Assembly: GCA_041665005.1 (NCBI GenBank)
Contig: JBAYJR010000001.1
Span: 70,727-131,540 of the forward strand
Direction of reading: 5' to 3'
Source: Candidatus Buchananbacteria bacterium
GTDB taxonomy: Bacteria > Patescibacteriota > Patescibacteriia > 2-01-FULL-39-33 > JBAYJR01
Length of the DNA: 60,814 nucleotides
The notes beneath the pieces are model-generated. The model saw nothing but the letters and a program-made list of their open reading frames with translations, had not been told where the DNA came from and did no database searches. Below are positions 9,552 through 18,521 of this stretch, one piece after another. The number at the start of each line of letters is the position of its first letter. Position 1 is the stretch's first letter. A program made the translations under genes and the position numbers.

Positions 9552-10250
9552 ATGCAACAACCTACTTTGCTGGAATTACTCCAGTCGGGCGTTCATTTTG
9601 GCCACCAGGATTCACGCTGGCATCCTAAAATGAAACCCTACATTTTTGCCACCCGTAACGGTATTCACATTATTGATTTGGAAAAGACCCAAGCCAAGCT
9701 AAACGAGGCCACGTCTTTTATCCAAAAATTAGTGAGCACCGGCGGGGTTTTATTATTTGTGGGCACCAAAAAACAGGGCAAAGGCCTAGTTAAAGCCGCG
9801 GCCGAAAGCTGTGGCATGCCTTATGTGGTAGAACGTTGGCTGGGCGGTATTTTCACCAATTTTGCTAATATTAATCGCTTGGTCAAAAAATATTTAGGTT
9901 TAATTGATCAACAAAATTCTGGCGCCTTGGCCAAATATACCAAAAAAGAACAATCGCAATTTCAAAAAGAAATTAAAAAATTGCAAACTTTTTTATCCGG
10001 TTTAACCACCTTAAACAAATTGCCCCAAGCAGTGTTTATTTTGGATTTAAAAAAAGATAAGACGGCCTTAAATGAAGCACGCAAGAAAAAAATTCCAGTC
10101 ATTGCTATCTGCGATACCAATGTTAACCCCGATTTAGTGGATTATCCTATTCCCGCTAACGACGACGCCGTTAAAGCTATTGCTTTAATTACCAATTATC
10201 TGGCCTTAGCCGTTAATGAGGGCAAACAAATTGCCGAAAAAAAGGCTTAA
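9552..10250 (+). CDS. rpsB: 30S ribosomal protein S2
   Basis: GVHFGHQ, WHPKMKPYI, RWLGGIFTN, IPANDDA. Confidence 0.98.
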   Translation: MQQPTLLELLQSGVHFGHQDSRWHPKMKPYIFATRNGIHIIDLEKTQAKLNEATSFIQKLVSTGGVLLFVGTKKQGKGLVKAAAESCGMPYVVERWLGGIFTNFANINRLVKKYLGLIDQQNSGALAKYTKKEQSQFQKEIKKLQTFLSGLTTLNKLPQAVFILDLKKDKTALNEARKKKIPVIAICDTNVNPDLVDYPIPANDDAVKAIALITNYLALAVNEGKQIAEKKA

Positions 10251-10277
10251 GTAAAATTCAAAATTAAAAAATAAAAT

Positions 10278-11126
10278 ATGGATAAAAATTTAGTTGTTAA
10301 ATTGCGTGAACAAACCGGCGCGGGTATGTCTGATTGCTTAAAGGCTTTGCAAGAAAGTCAAGGCGATTTAGTTTTAGCCGCGGAAATTTTAAGGAAAAAA
10401 GGAATTACTAAAGCCGCTAAGCGCAGTGAGCGAGAAACTAAAGAAGGATTGATTAAGGTTTTAGTTACTGATCAAGGTAAAACTGGTTATTTAGCAGAAT
10501 TTAATGCCGAGACTGATTTTGTCGTGCGAAGTGAAAAATTTCAACAATTTGCCGAACAAGCTTTCGAATTATTAGTTGCCCAAAAATTAGATAATCGAGA
10601 CGAGTTACTGCAAACTAAATTGCTTAATAATACGGTAGCAGAAACTTTGGACAGCTTGAGTGGTATTATTGGTGAAAAGTTAGAAATTAAGCGGGTGGCC
10701 AAGCTAACCGCCAAGGGTTTAGTGGCAGCTTATACTCATAACAACAACAAGGTGGGAGTTTTGGTGGCCCTGGATTGGTCTGGTGATTTGGTTGATCAGA
10801 CGGCAGTGGATTATTTGGCCAAAGAAATTGCCATGCAGGTGGCTGCTTTGAACCCGGCTTATTTAGTGCCGGCCGAAGTGCCAGCCGAAATTGTGGCCAA
10901 AGAAAAAGAAATTTATCAAGAAGAATTAAAGCAACAAAATAAGCCAGAAAATATTTGGCCCAAAATTATTGAAGGCAAGTTACAAAAGCTTTATGCCGAG
11001 GTTTGTTTACTAAAACAGCCAAATATTAGAGAAGAAGAAAAAACGGTTGAACAAATTATTGCGGAATTATCTAAAAAATTAGGCGTGGAAATAACGGTGG
11101 CTAGCTTTATTAGATTTAAAATTTAG
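10278..11126 (+). CDS. tsf: elongation factor Ts
   Basis: LREQTGAGMSDC, NAETDFV, AMQVAA, PKIIEGK; follows rpsB. Confidence 0.97.
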   Translation: MDKNLVVKLREQTGAGMSDCLKALQESQGDLVLAAEILRKKGITKAAKRSERETKEGLIKVLVTDQGKTGYLAEFNAETDFVVRSEKFQQFAEQAFELLVAQKLDNRDELLQTKLLNNTVAETLDSLSGIIGEKLEIKRVAKLTAKGLVAAYTHNNNKVGVLVALDWSGDLVDQTAVDYLAKEIAMQVAALNPAYLVPAEVPAEIVAKEKEIYQEELKQQNKPENIWPKIIEGKLQKLYAEVCLLKQPNIREEEKTVEQIIAELSKKLGVEITVASFIRFKI

Positions 11127-11128
11127 TT

Positions 11129-11911
11129 ATGAAAATTATTGAAGTACAAATTACTCCTTGGGAACAAACGTACTTCTCAGAAGCTGGCTTATTTGAACCA
11201 AAAGTTGGCGATTTAGTAATAATTAAATTAGTGGAAGGTTTAGAGGTGGCTAAAGTTTTGGGTTTTAAAGAATTATCCGCGGCCGATTTTTCGGCGGTAG
11301 TGGAAAAAACTTCTTTAGAGCGCTTAGCTAACGCCGAGGATCAAAGAATTATTGAAGAAAATAAAACCCAGGCGGAGTTGGCGGTTGATTTTGCCCGTAA
11401 GGCGATTAAGCGTTACAATTTACCGATGAAACTGGTTGATGCTCATTTTTCGTTTGATGGTGTTAAAGCGATTTTTGCTTTTATTGCGGATGGTCGGGTT
11501 GATTTTCGTGAACTAGTCAAAGATTTAACGCGGCACTTTCATAAAAATATTCGGTTGCAACAATTAGGAGTGCGTGACGAAGCTCGGTTGTGTGGAGATT
11601 TTGGCGGTTGTGGCCGAGATTTATGTTGTCGCCGTAGTCAACAAGAGTTAAATAGTGTTTCTTCTGACTTAATGGAATTGCAACAAATCGCTCATCGTGG
11701 CTCTGATCGGATGACGGGTTTATGCGGGCGTTTACGTTGTTGCTTGGCTTATGAACAGGCCACCTATCAGGAATTAAGTAAAAAGTTACCCGCCTTAGGT
11801 AGCACGGTTAATACCGCCAAAGGTAAGGGGCAGGTGATTCGTTGGCACGTCTTAAAGGGTACGGTTGATGTTAAGGTTAATAGTGAAACAATTGTAGAAC
11901 ATAAAGTTTAA
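11129..11911 (+). CDS. PSP1-domain protein (RicT/YaaT family)
   Basis: ADGRVDFRELVKDL, RIRLQQLGVRDEA-like segment, CGRDLCC, GLCGRLRCCLAYE. Confidence 0.9.
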   Translation: MKIIEVQITPWEQTYFSEAGLFEPKVGDLVIIKLVEGLEVAKVLGFKELSAADFSAVVEKTSLERLANAEDQRIIEENKTQAELAVDFARKAIKRYNLPMKLVDAHFSFDGVKAIFAFIADGRVDFRELVKDLTRHFHKNIRLQQLGVRDEARLCGDFGGCGRDLCCRRSQQELNSVSSDLMELQQIAHRGSDRMTGLCGRLRCCLAYEQATYQELSKKLPALGSTVNTAKGKGQVIRWHVLKGTVDVKVNSETIVEHKV

Positions 11912-11953
11912 TTTTTATTATTTGTAGTTCAGTGCTAGAATATTAGTATACAT

Positions 11954-12472
11954 ATGCGCTATAAATTACCAACAATTTTAACAGTGTTACTACTAGCCTT
12001 GGTTTTGGTTGGCTTTAGCTGTGTTCGTAACCAAGTGGCTAATTCTAATGGAGTTGCTAATACTAATGGTAATAGCAATAGTGACAGTAATAGTAATAGC
12101 AACAGCAATCAAATCAGTAACCAGCCAGGGCAAAACGTGATTGATCTTTCGGATAAAAATGGTAAAGAGATAATTGTTAAAGTTGGTGATTTGTTGGTTT
12201 TGGATTTAGTTGGTAATATTAAAGAAAATCAAACAAAATATTATCAGTGGAACGCTAAGCCAATTCCTTCTTCGGTACCAGAAATTGTTTCTTTAATTAG
12301 CCACACCAATAGTACGGAAAGTCCAAAAATTAAAGAAGGGGAATGGGTTTCGCATTGGGAATTGCGAGTGGAAAAAGTTGGTGATTTTACTTTAAAGTTT
12401 GATTATCAGGGTTACAACTTAAATTTAAAACCCAAGCAGAGTTTTGAAATGCATATTATTAGTGTTAAATAA
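11954..12472 (+). CDS. lipoprotein with probable chagasin/I42 protease-inhibitor domain
   Basis: Lipobox LVGFSC, Asn/Ser linker, IIVKVGD...NQTKYYQW...VGDFTLKFDY pattern. Confidence 0.55.
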   Translation: MRYKLPTILTVLLLALVLVGFSCVRNQVANSNGVANTNGNSNSDSNSNSNSNQISNQPGQNVIDLSDKNGKEIIVKVGDLLVLDLVGNIKENQTKYYQWNAKPIPSSVPEIVSLISHTNSTESPKIKEGEWVSHWELRVEKVGDFTLKFDYQGYNLNLKPKQSFEMHIISVK

Positions 12473-12584
12473 GCTAAAGTGTTGGTTTTTGGCGCCTAAA
12501 TTTTATGTCCCTAAAGGGGCTTTTTTTTATTATTTTTTTTTGCTATAATATTTGCAAGTCTTAATCTAACTAAACTTGAATTTT

Positions 12585-13577
12585 ATGATTAAAATTGCAA
12601 TTAATGGTTTTGGTCGTATTGGCCGAGCCGCTTTTAAAATTGCCCATGAACAGCCCGGGGTTAAAATTGTGGCGATTAACGATTTAACGGACACTAAAAC
12701 GTTAGCTCATTTATTAAAATATGATACGGTTTATCGTAATTATGTCCCAGCGGTTAATTATGATGAAAAAAATATTATGATTGATCAGGCTAAGTATCCG
12801 GTTTACGCAATTAAAGATCCGGCTTTATTACCTTGGGGGGAACTGGGAGTGGATGTGGTTTTGGAATGCACCGGACGTTTTACAAAATTAGAAGAGGCCT
12901 CGTTGCATTTAAAAGCGGGGGCTAAAAAAGTAGTAATTTCGGCTCCGGCCAAAGGGGTGCCAACTTATGTTTTAGGGGTTAACGCGGATCAGTGGCAAGC
13001 CGAGGAAAAAGTTATTTCTAATGCTTCTTGCACCACCAATAGTTTAGCGCCAGCCGTTAAAGTACTGCACGAGGTTTTTGGCGTAAAAAAAGCCATTATG
13101 AGCACGGTGCATTCCTATACCGCTGATCAAAATTTGGTTGATGGGCCGCACAAAGATTTACGTCGAGCTAGAGCGGCCGCCCAAAATATTGTGCCGACGA
13201 CTACTGGCGCGGCCATCGCCGTAACCGAAACTATTACTGATTTAAAAGGCTTGTTTGACGGTTTGGCTTTACGGGTACCAACGGTTGCTGTTTCTTTATC
13301 TGACGTGACCATGGTGTTGGCTAAAAAGGTAACGGTGGCTGAGGTTAATCAAGCTTTAGCTGCTGCCGCGCAAGGCGAATTAAAAGGCATCTTGGCGGTG
13401 ACTAACGAAGAATTGGTTTCCTCGGATTTAATTGGTAACAACGCCTCATCAATTGTTGATTTATCTTTAACTAAGGTGGTGGACGGTGATTTAGTAAAAA
13501 TTATTTGTTGGTATGATAATGAATGGGGTTATTCGGTGCGTTTGGTAGAGATTGCCGAAATGATTGGTAAAAAATAA
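12585..13577 (+). CDS. gap: glyceraldehyde-3-phosphate dehydrogenase type I
   Basis: INGFGRIGR, ASCTTN, WYDNEWGY; start placed at ATG 12585. Confidence 0.98.
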   Translation: MIKIAINGFGRIGRAAFKIAHEQPGVKIVAINDLTDTKTLAHLLKYDTVYRNYVPAVNYDEKNIMIDQAKYPVYAIKDPALLPWGELGVDVVLECTGRFTKLEEASLHLKAGAKKVVISAPAKGVPTYVLGVNADQWQAEEKVISNASCTTNSLAPAVKVLHEVFGVKKAIMSTVHSYTADQNLVDGPHKDLRRARAAAQNIVPTTTGAAIAVTETITDLKGLFDGLALRVPTVAVSLSDVTMVLAKKVTVAEVNQALAAAAQGELKGILAVTNEELVSSDLIGNNASSIVDLSLTKVVDGDLVKIICWYDNEWGYSVRLVEIAEMIGKK

Positions 13578-13613
13578 GGCAGCTTTTTTTAAAAAAATAA
13601 AAATTTTTAAAAC

Positions 13614-13646
13614 AAAAAGCGTTCAAGCTTAATTTGGGCGCTTTTT
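13614..13646 (+). terminator. intrinsic terminator after gap
   Basis: AAAAAGCGTTCAAG/TTTGGGCGCTTTTT. Confidence 0.7.
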
Positions 13647-13715
13647 GCTTCATTGACAGTTTGATCGTTATCTGTTAATTTATCTACAAATATACAATCA
13701 ACAGGAGGACTTATT

Positions 13716-14558
13716 ATGTTATATTTTGAAGCTCTGGAACAGGCAGTCCCATGTCGTTATGAATTGAGTTGGCAGGCTGAACCACCAGCTTTAATTCTAA
13801 GGGTTAATCGTCAGCTAGTTTTTTTGCTTGAAAACCCCGATCAGGATGAAATTGCGGAGTTGGCAAAAGTCAACGAATTCAAAAATGATTTTTTAGCCAC
13901 TGCTGATAGTTTTGGTTTTGATGGTGTAGTTAAAAAAGTTGGGCTTAAAGGTGAATTCGTCGAGTATGAGATTGAAATCCCGAGAGTTAAAAAAGAATCC
14001 GGTACTTGCCCTATTTGTAGGGGTGCTAGTAAATTTTTCGCGGTTTGTGCCTATTGTAATAGTACGGACAAGACCTATAAGCATGACGAAAACAAGGTGC
14101 GGATGATTTCGGCCAGCTTAACTATACTTTTGCGGTTACTGAATTGGTCTGATCAAGAAATTAAGAGCAAGAGTATTCAGTTGTTAACCGTACAACCCAT
14201 TACTGCTCTGGGGGCTAATGGTGGTAGTATGTCGGGGATCTATAGTAAGTCTTTGGTGGCTTGGTTGGATAAAACTGATATTTTTGAGTTAAGCCAGGCG
14301 ATGATCGCGGCTATGCAAACATGCTGGATACAGCTGTTGCAGGAGACCGCGACAAAATTTTTTGTCAGTCTCAATGGTGATGGCAAGTTAAGTATTACTT
14401 GTCCGGGCAATTCTTGTGGTTTAGATCCGGGAGGCTTGCAAACAAAACAGGGCTACGAATTTAGTAGTCACAACGCAGACTCAGTTTGGCAACAATTAAC
14501 ATTGTTGGTTGGTTTAGCGGTTTTGTACGACCAAGCCCGGCAAGCTAATCAAAAATAA
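13716..14558 (+). CDS. orphan protein with CxxC pairs
   Basis: CPICRG...CAYC, CPGNSCG, HNADS; AGGAGG SD; TTGACA upstream. Confidence 0.72.
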   Translation: MLYFEALEQAVPCRYELSWQAEPPALILRVNRQLVFLLENPDQDEIAELAKVNEFKNDFLATADSFGFDGVVKKVGLKGEFVEYEIEIPRVKKESGTCPICRGASKFFAVCAYCNSTDKTYKHDENKVRMISASLTILLRLLNWSDQEIKSKSIQLLTVQPITALGANGGSMSGIYSKSLVAWLDKTDIFELSQAMIAAMQTCWIQLLQETATKFFVSLNGDGKLSITCPGNSCGLDPGGLQTKQGYEFSSHNADSVWQQLTLLVGLAVLYDQARQANQK

Positions 14559-14581
14559 AACATAACAAGGAGGAGACAAAA

Positions 14582-14989
14582 TTGTCAAAAATAAAAAGAT
14601 GGTATAACCGATTAAAACAGAGGATTAAAAGTAGTAGTTTTATCCTTTGGGCTATGTTGATTATTTTTGGCTGTTCGCTTATTTTTATTTTGGTAATTTC
14701 TTGGCCTTTTCGCTCGTTGATAAAACTGGCACTCAAAAGGTTTTATCGGAAAAAACTAACCTTAGAGCAATTGGAATTACTAGAGGAATTATCTGGTATC
14801 TACTTAATGTCGGATAATACTTTAAATGAGGTAGGGTTTGAAGCTGGACATCAGGCCTTTGACGGTGCGTATCGTTTAGAACAAGATATCCAAAGATTGC
14901 GGCAGGCTAGAGCCTTAGAGCAAAAATGTCTTGATTTGGGAGTCCCAAGATGGCAGGTAAAATTATATCTGCCGAAAAATTATCATTAA
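14582..14989 (+). CDS. orphan single-TM protein
   Basis: AAGGAGG SD before TTG start; one TM helix. Confidence 0.65.
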   Translation: MSKIKRWYNRLKQRIKSSSFILWAMLIIFGCSLIFILVISWPFRSLIKLALKRFYRKKLTLEQLELLEELSGIYLMSDNTLNEVGFEAGHQAFDGAYRLEQDIQRLRQARALEQKCLDLGVPRWQVKLYLPKNYH

Positions 14990-14990
14990 T

Positions 14991-15023
14991 AAAAAACTGG
15001 TCATAAAATTGGCCAGTTTTTTT
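14991..15023 (+). terminator. intrinsic terminator
   Basis: AAAAAACTGGTCA/TGGCCAGTTTTTT. Confidence 0.75.
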
Positions 15024-15122
15024 GTTTAAATTTGGGTTATTAGGGTTTTGATTAGGGTTTATTGACAGGCAGCTATTAACCTGATAGAGTATTGATAATT
15101 AAAATAAAGGAGGTGTGTCTTA

Positions 15123-15626
15123 ATGAGTAAAAGAGGCGAATCTCAAGATATTAAGCTTAGTTATTATTGGCTGAAAGTTATTTTGGCCATGCTGGCTTTG
15201 GCCCGTCGGTATAAGTTTAATCTATCAAGAACTTTTGGTAGGGATTTTAAGAAGTTTAGAGATTTAGCCAGAAAAGAAGAATTTCTGTGCAGTTGGGTAG
15301 TTAACAAAAAGGTGGTTGATACAGACTTAGAATTAGACCGGATATCGTTTAGGCCTTTTTTTATTGGCCGCCGAAAAGTCAGTAATAGTAAAGTCGTAGT
15401 GGATGAATTTCTGCTCGGGTCAGACCGCTGTTTATATGTCTGGCACACAGTATATGTAGTTAAGTTTAATAAAGCTTATCCTTTTGCGATTAAGCCCCGG
15501 GTGTATATGGCAGTTTCTAGTAAAATAGAAAATTTCATTTATACAGACATAGAACTTTATGGGATAAAACCAAAAGTTTTCCGGGAAATATTTGAATATA
15601 TGAAATATTGGCCAGACAGGTTCTAA
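15123..15626 (+). CDS. orphan basic protein
   Basis: AAGGAGGT SD; TTGACA upstream; 167-aa ORF. Confidence 0.62.
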   Translation: MSKRGESQDIKLSYYWLKVILAMLALARRYKFNLSRTFGRDFKKFRDLARKEEFLCSWVVNKKVVDTDLELDRISFRPFFIGRRKVSNSKVVVDEFLLGSDRCLYVWHTVYVVKFNKAYPFAIKPRVYMAVSSKIENFIYTDIELYGIKPKVFREIFEYMKYWPDRF

Positions 15627-15651
15627 CTCTACGATGAATTTAACAAAAAAT

Positions 15652-15680
15652 AAACCCGAGTTTTTAAAACTCGGGTTTTT
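15652..15680. terminator. bidirectional terminator
   Basis: AAACCCGAGTTTT/AAAACTCGGGTTT between convergent genes. Confidence 0.75.
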
Positions 15681-15702
15681 CTTATTAAGCAAAAAAATAA
15701 TT

Positions 15703-16623
15703 TTATCTTTTTTTCATTGACCATAAGTGCCAATCAACCACTAATGGAGAGGCAATAAAAATGGAAGAGTAAGTACCAATTAAGATACCAAAAGACATTG
15801 CTAGGGCAAAGTTTTTAGTACTAGCTCCACCAAAGAAGTATAAAGCGAGTACCACTAAAGCGGCGGTTAAGGAAGTGTTGATGGAACGAACAATAGTGTC
15901 ATTAACGGAATGATTGACGACCTCTAAGAAAGTTCCTGGTAGTTGCTTTTTTAAGTTTTCTCTAATTCGGTCAAAAACTACAATAGTGTCATGTACAGAA
16001 AAGCCCAGTAAAGTTAAGAGTGCGGTGACAAAATAACTGTCTACTTCAATGCCAGCAAAATGGCCAAGTAAGGAAAACAAACCAACGGTAATTAAAGTAT
16101 CGTGAGCCAAAGCGATTACCGCCGCTACGCCGTATTTCCAGGAAGGTACTGGACGCGAAACTTGGCGAAAGGCAAAGGCGACATACAAAATAATGGCCAG
16201 TAAGACAATTATCATGGCACCCCAAGTTTTTTGTTTTAATTCAGCCGAAATAGTAGGGCCGATGGTAGTAAAGCTGGACTCTTCAATTTTAGCATTGGTT
16301 TGGCTGTTAGCCGACTTAGCGTTAAGTGTAGCAATGATTTGTTGATGAGTTTTTTCATCCACTTCTTTAAAGCGTAAAACCATTTCATCTTCGGCTACTG
16401 GCTGGGCTAAAATTACGCCCAAGTCTAATGGTGCTAAGGTGCTGGTTATTTGTTCGCTGGTGGCCGGAGCTTGATTAACGAATTTTATTTGCAGTAGTGA
16501 ACCGCCGGTAAAATCTAGGCCATACTTTAAACCCCAAACGCTTATACTAATAATACCAACTAAAGCGAGTAAGATAGAAATTGAGTAATTAATCCAACGT
16601 TTTTGAATGATTTTATATTCCAT
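15703..16623 (-). CDS. secF: protein translocase subunit SecF
   Basis: GLDFTGGS, LLTLLGFSVHDTIVVFDRIREN, TIVRSINTS, GTYSSIFIA. Confidence 0.97.
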   Translation of the reverse strand: MEYKIIQKRWINYSISILLALVGIISISVWGLKYGLDFTGGSLLQIKFVNQAPATSEQITSTLAPLDLGVILAQPVAEDEMVLRFKEVDEKTHQQIIATLNAKSANSQTNAKIEESSFTTIGPTISAELKQKTWGAMIIVLLAIILYVAFAFRQVSRPVPSWKYGVAAVIALAHDTLITVGLFSLLGHFAGIEVDSYFVTALLTLLGFSVHDTIVVFDRIRENLKKQLPGTFLEVVNHSVNDTIVRSINTSLTAALVVLALYFFGGASTKNFALAMSFGILIGTYSSIFIASPLVVDWHLWSMKKR

Positions 16624-16635
16624 AAAAATATTTAG

Positions 16636-18381
16636 TTATTGTTGTTCGGTTTTCCTTCTAACACCATATAAGCGATGGTGCTGGGTCCATTGCCAGTTAG
16701 AAATTAAACGAATAAATTGTCTAGTAATAAAGATGGCGGAGAAAATTGAGACCAAAATACCAATGGCTAAAGTAATAGCAAAACCTTTGATAATACTGGA
16801 GCCAAACCACATCAAGACAGCACAGGTGATTAAACTGGAAATATTGGAATCGCGAATAGAAGTCCAAGCGCGTTTAAAGCCTTCGTCAATGGCAATGGCC
16901 GTAGGTTTACCACGGCGTAGTTCTTCTTTAGTGCGTTCAAAAATTAAAACATTAGCGTCTACAGCCATACCAACAGAAAGGATAAAACCGGCAATGCCCG
17001 ATAAGGTTAAAGTAATTGGCCAGGGAGTAAAGACGCTTAATTTAAAGATTGCCAAAACTACCGCGGCGTAGATTAATAAAGCTAAGACGGCTAAAAATCC
17101 TGGCAAGAAGTAAACGGCTAACATAAAGACTGCCACTATGGCCATACCGATCAAGCCAGCTTTAATGCTTTGTTGCAAGGCTTTAGCACCCAACGAAGCG
17201 CCAATGGTTTGTTGGCTGACTAGTTTTATTGGCACCGGTAAAGCGCCGGCGTTTAAACGTTGGGCTAAGCGTTTGGCTTCGGTTAAACCAAATTGTCCAG
17301 AGATAACCGCCTTGCCGTCAGTAATTGGTTCTTCTACGTTAGGCGTAGAAATTGGCGTGCCATCTAAAAAGATAGCGACGGGTTTGCCAACATTGCGGGT
17401 AGTAATTTCGGCAAACAATTTAGCGCCTTCAGCATCAAATTCTAAAGAAACTTGTGGGGCGTTAGTATTGGATTCAAACTGAACCAAGGCTTTCTTTAAA
17501 TTTTTGCCGGTTAAGTTAGTCCCGCGCCATTCACCAATTGCGTAGTCGTTGGCGCTTTTGGTTTTAATTAAAATATGGGCACCATTAACTTCTAAAGTAT
17601 CACCAGTACCTTTGGTGGCTAAACGTTTAATTATGTGATAGCCAAAATCTGTTTTGACTAATTGAGGGTAAATTTTTCCGTCGGTTAATTGGTCAAATAA
17701 AACTTTTTCAAATTCTGGTACAAACTGACCTTTTTTAGCAAAACCCAAATCTCCACCAGTATCTTTAGAACCAGCGTCTTCGGAATACTGTTTAGCTAAG
17801 GCGGAAAAATCGGCTCCGGGCACTAAAACTTTTTTTAATAAATCTTTGGCTTTAGTTTCGGCGCTAAGATTGTAAGTATCAATTTCTTTTCGTTGATCAA
17901 CTGTCAAAGCGGTCTCGCCTTGTTCTTTAAATTCTAAGAGGGGGGTTTCGCCAATTTGTTTAATGGCCTCGTTAACATCTTTGATGCCAGCTAGGTCAAC
18001 GATTACTCGCCAGTGTTCACCCGCTTTTTGAGTTTGAACGATTGGCTCGGCTACACCAAAAGCGTTAACCCGGCGTTCTACTACATCGCGGACTCCTTCT
18101 AAAGAAGAATTTTTATCACTCTCGGAAATTTTACTGGTGTCTGCCTCGTAAATTAAATGAGTGCCGCCGACCAAGTCTAAGCCTAACCGCCAGTTGATCT
18201 TGGAAAACTGTGGGAGGCCCCAGCCTAGCTTGTTATTTAACCAAGACATAGAGTTGTCCCAGTATTTTGGATAAACCAAGCTTCCGGAAATGACCGCTAG
18301 TACGATAATTCCTACAATTTTCCAGCGTAGATTAGCGCGTGGTCCTCGCCATAAACTTGATTGGTTTCGTTTTTCTGACAT
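16636..18381 (-). CDS. secD: protein translocase subunit SecD with inserted parvulin PPIase domain
   Basis: LGLDLVGG, RRVNAFGVAEP, LNAGALP, GMAVDANVLIFER; insert DFSALAKQYSED...GGDLG...GYHII. Confidence 0.96.
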   Translation of the reverse strand: MSEKRNQSSLWRGPRANLRWKIVGIIVLAVISGSLVYPKYWDNSMSWLNNKLGWGLPQFSKINWRLGLDLVGGTHLIYEADTSKISESDKNSSLEGVRDVVERRVNAFGVAEPIVQTQKAGEHWRVIVDLAGIKDVNEAIKQIGETPLLEFKEQGETALTVDQRKEIDTYNLSAETKAKDLLKKVLVPGADFSALAKQYSEDAGSKDTGGDLGFAKKGQFVPEFEKVLFDQLTDGKIYPQLVKTDFGYHIIKRLATKGTGDTLEVNGAHILIKTKSANDYAIGEWRGTNLTGKNLKKALVQFESNTNAPQVSLEFDAEGAKLFAEITTRNVGKPVAIFLDGTPISTPNVEEPITDGKAVISGQFGLTEAKRLAQRLNAGALPVPIKLVSQQTIGASLGAKALQQSIKAGLIGMAIVAVFMLAVYFLPGFLAVLALLIYAAVVLAIFKLSVFTPWPITLTLSGIAGFILSVGMAVDANVLIFERTKEELRRGKPTAIAIDEGFKRAWTSIRDSNISSLITCAVLMWFGSSIIKGFAITLAIGILVSIFSAIFITRQFIRLISNWQWTQHHRLYGVRRKTEQQ

Positions 18382-18521
18382 GTTGAGAAAAGATAATAAT
18401 TAAAGCACGGTTATTTTAACAAATGCTAAATAATTGGTCAAATCGGTAGGTCACTAAAGTTGATTTGACAGTATCTACTTTTTATGATATAATAAAACAT
18501 ATTAAATTAAACTGTTAATGT

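Noticed and set aside
12040-12120. AAT/AGT-rich microsatellite-like tract
   Set aside because: It encodes an ordinary Asn/Ser low-complexity lipoprotein linker.
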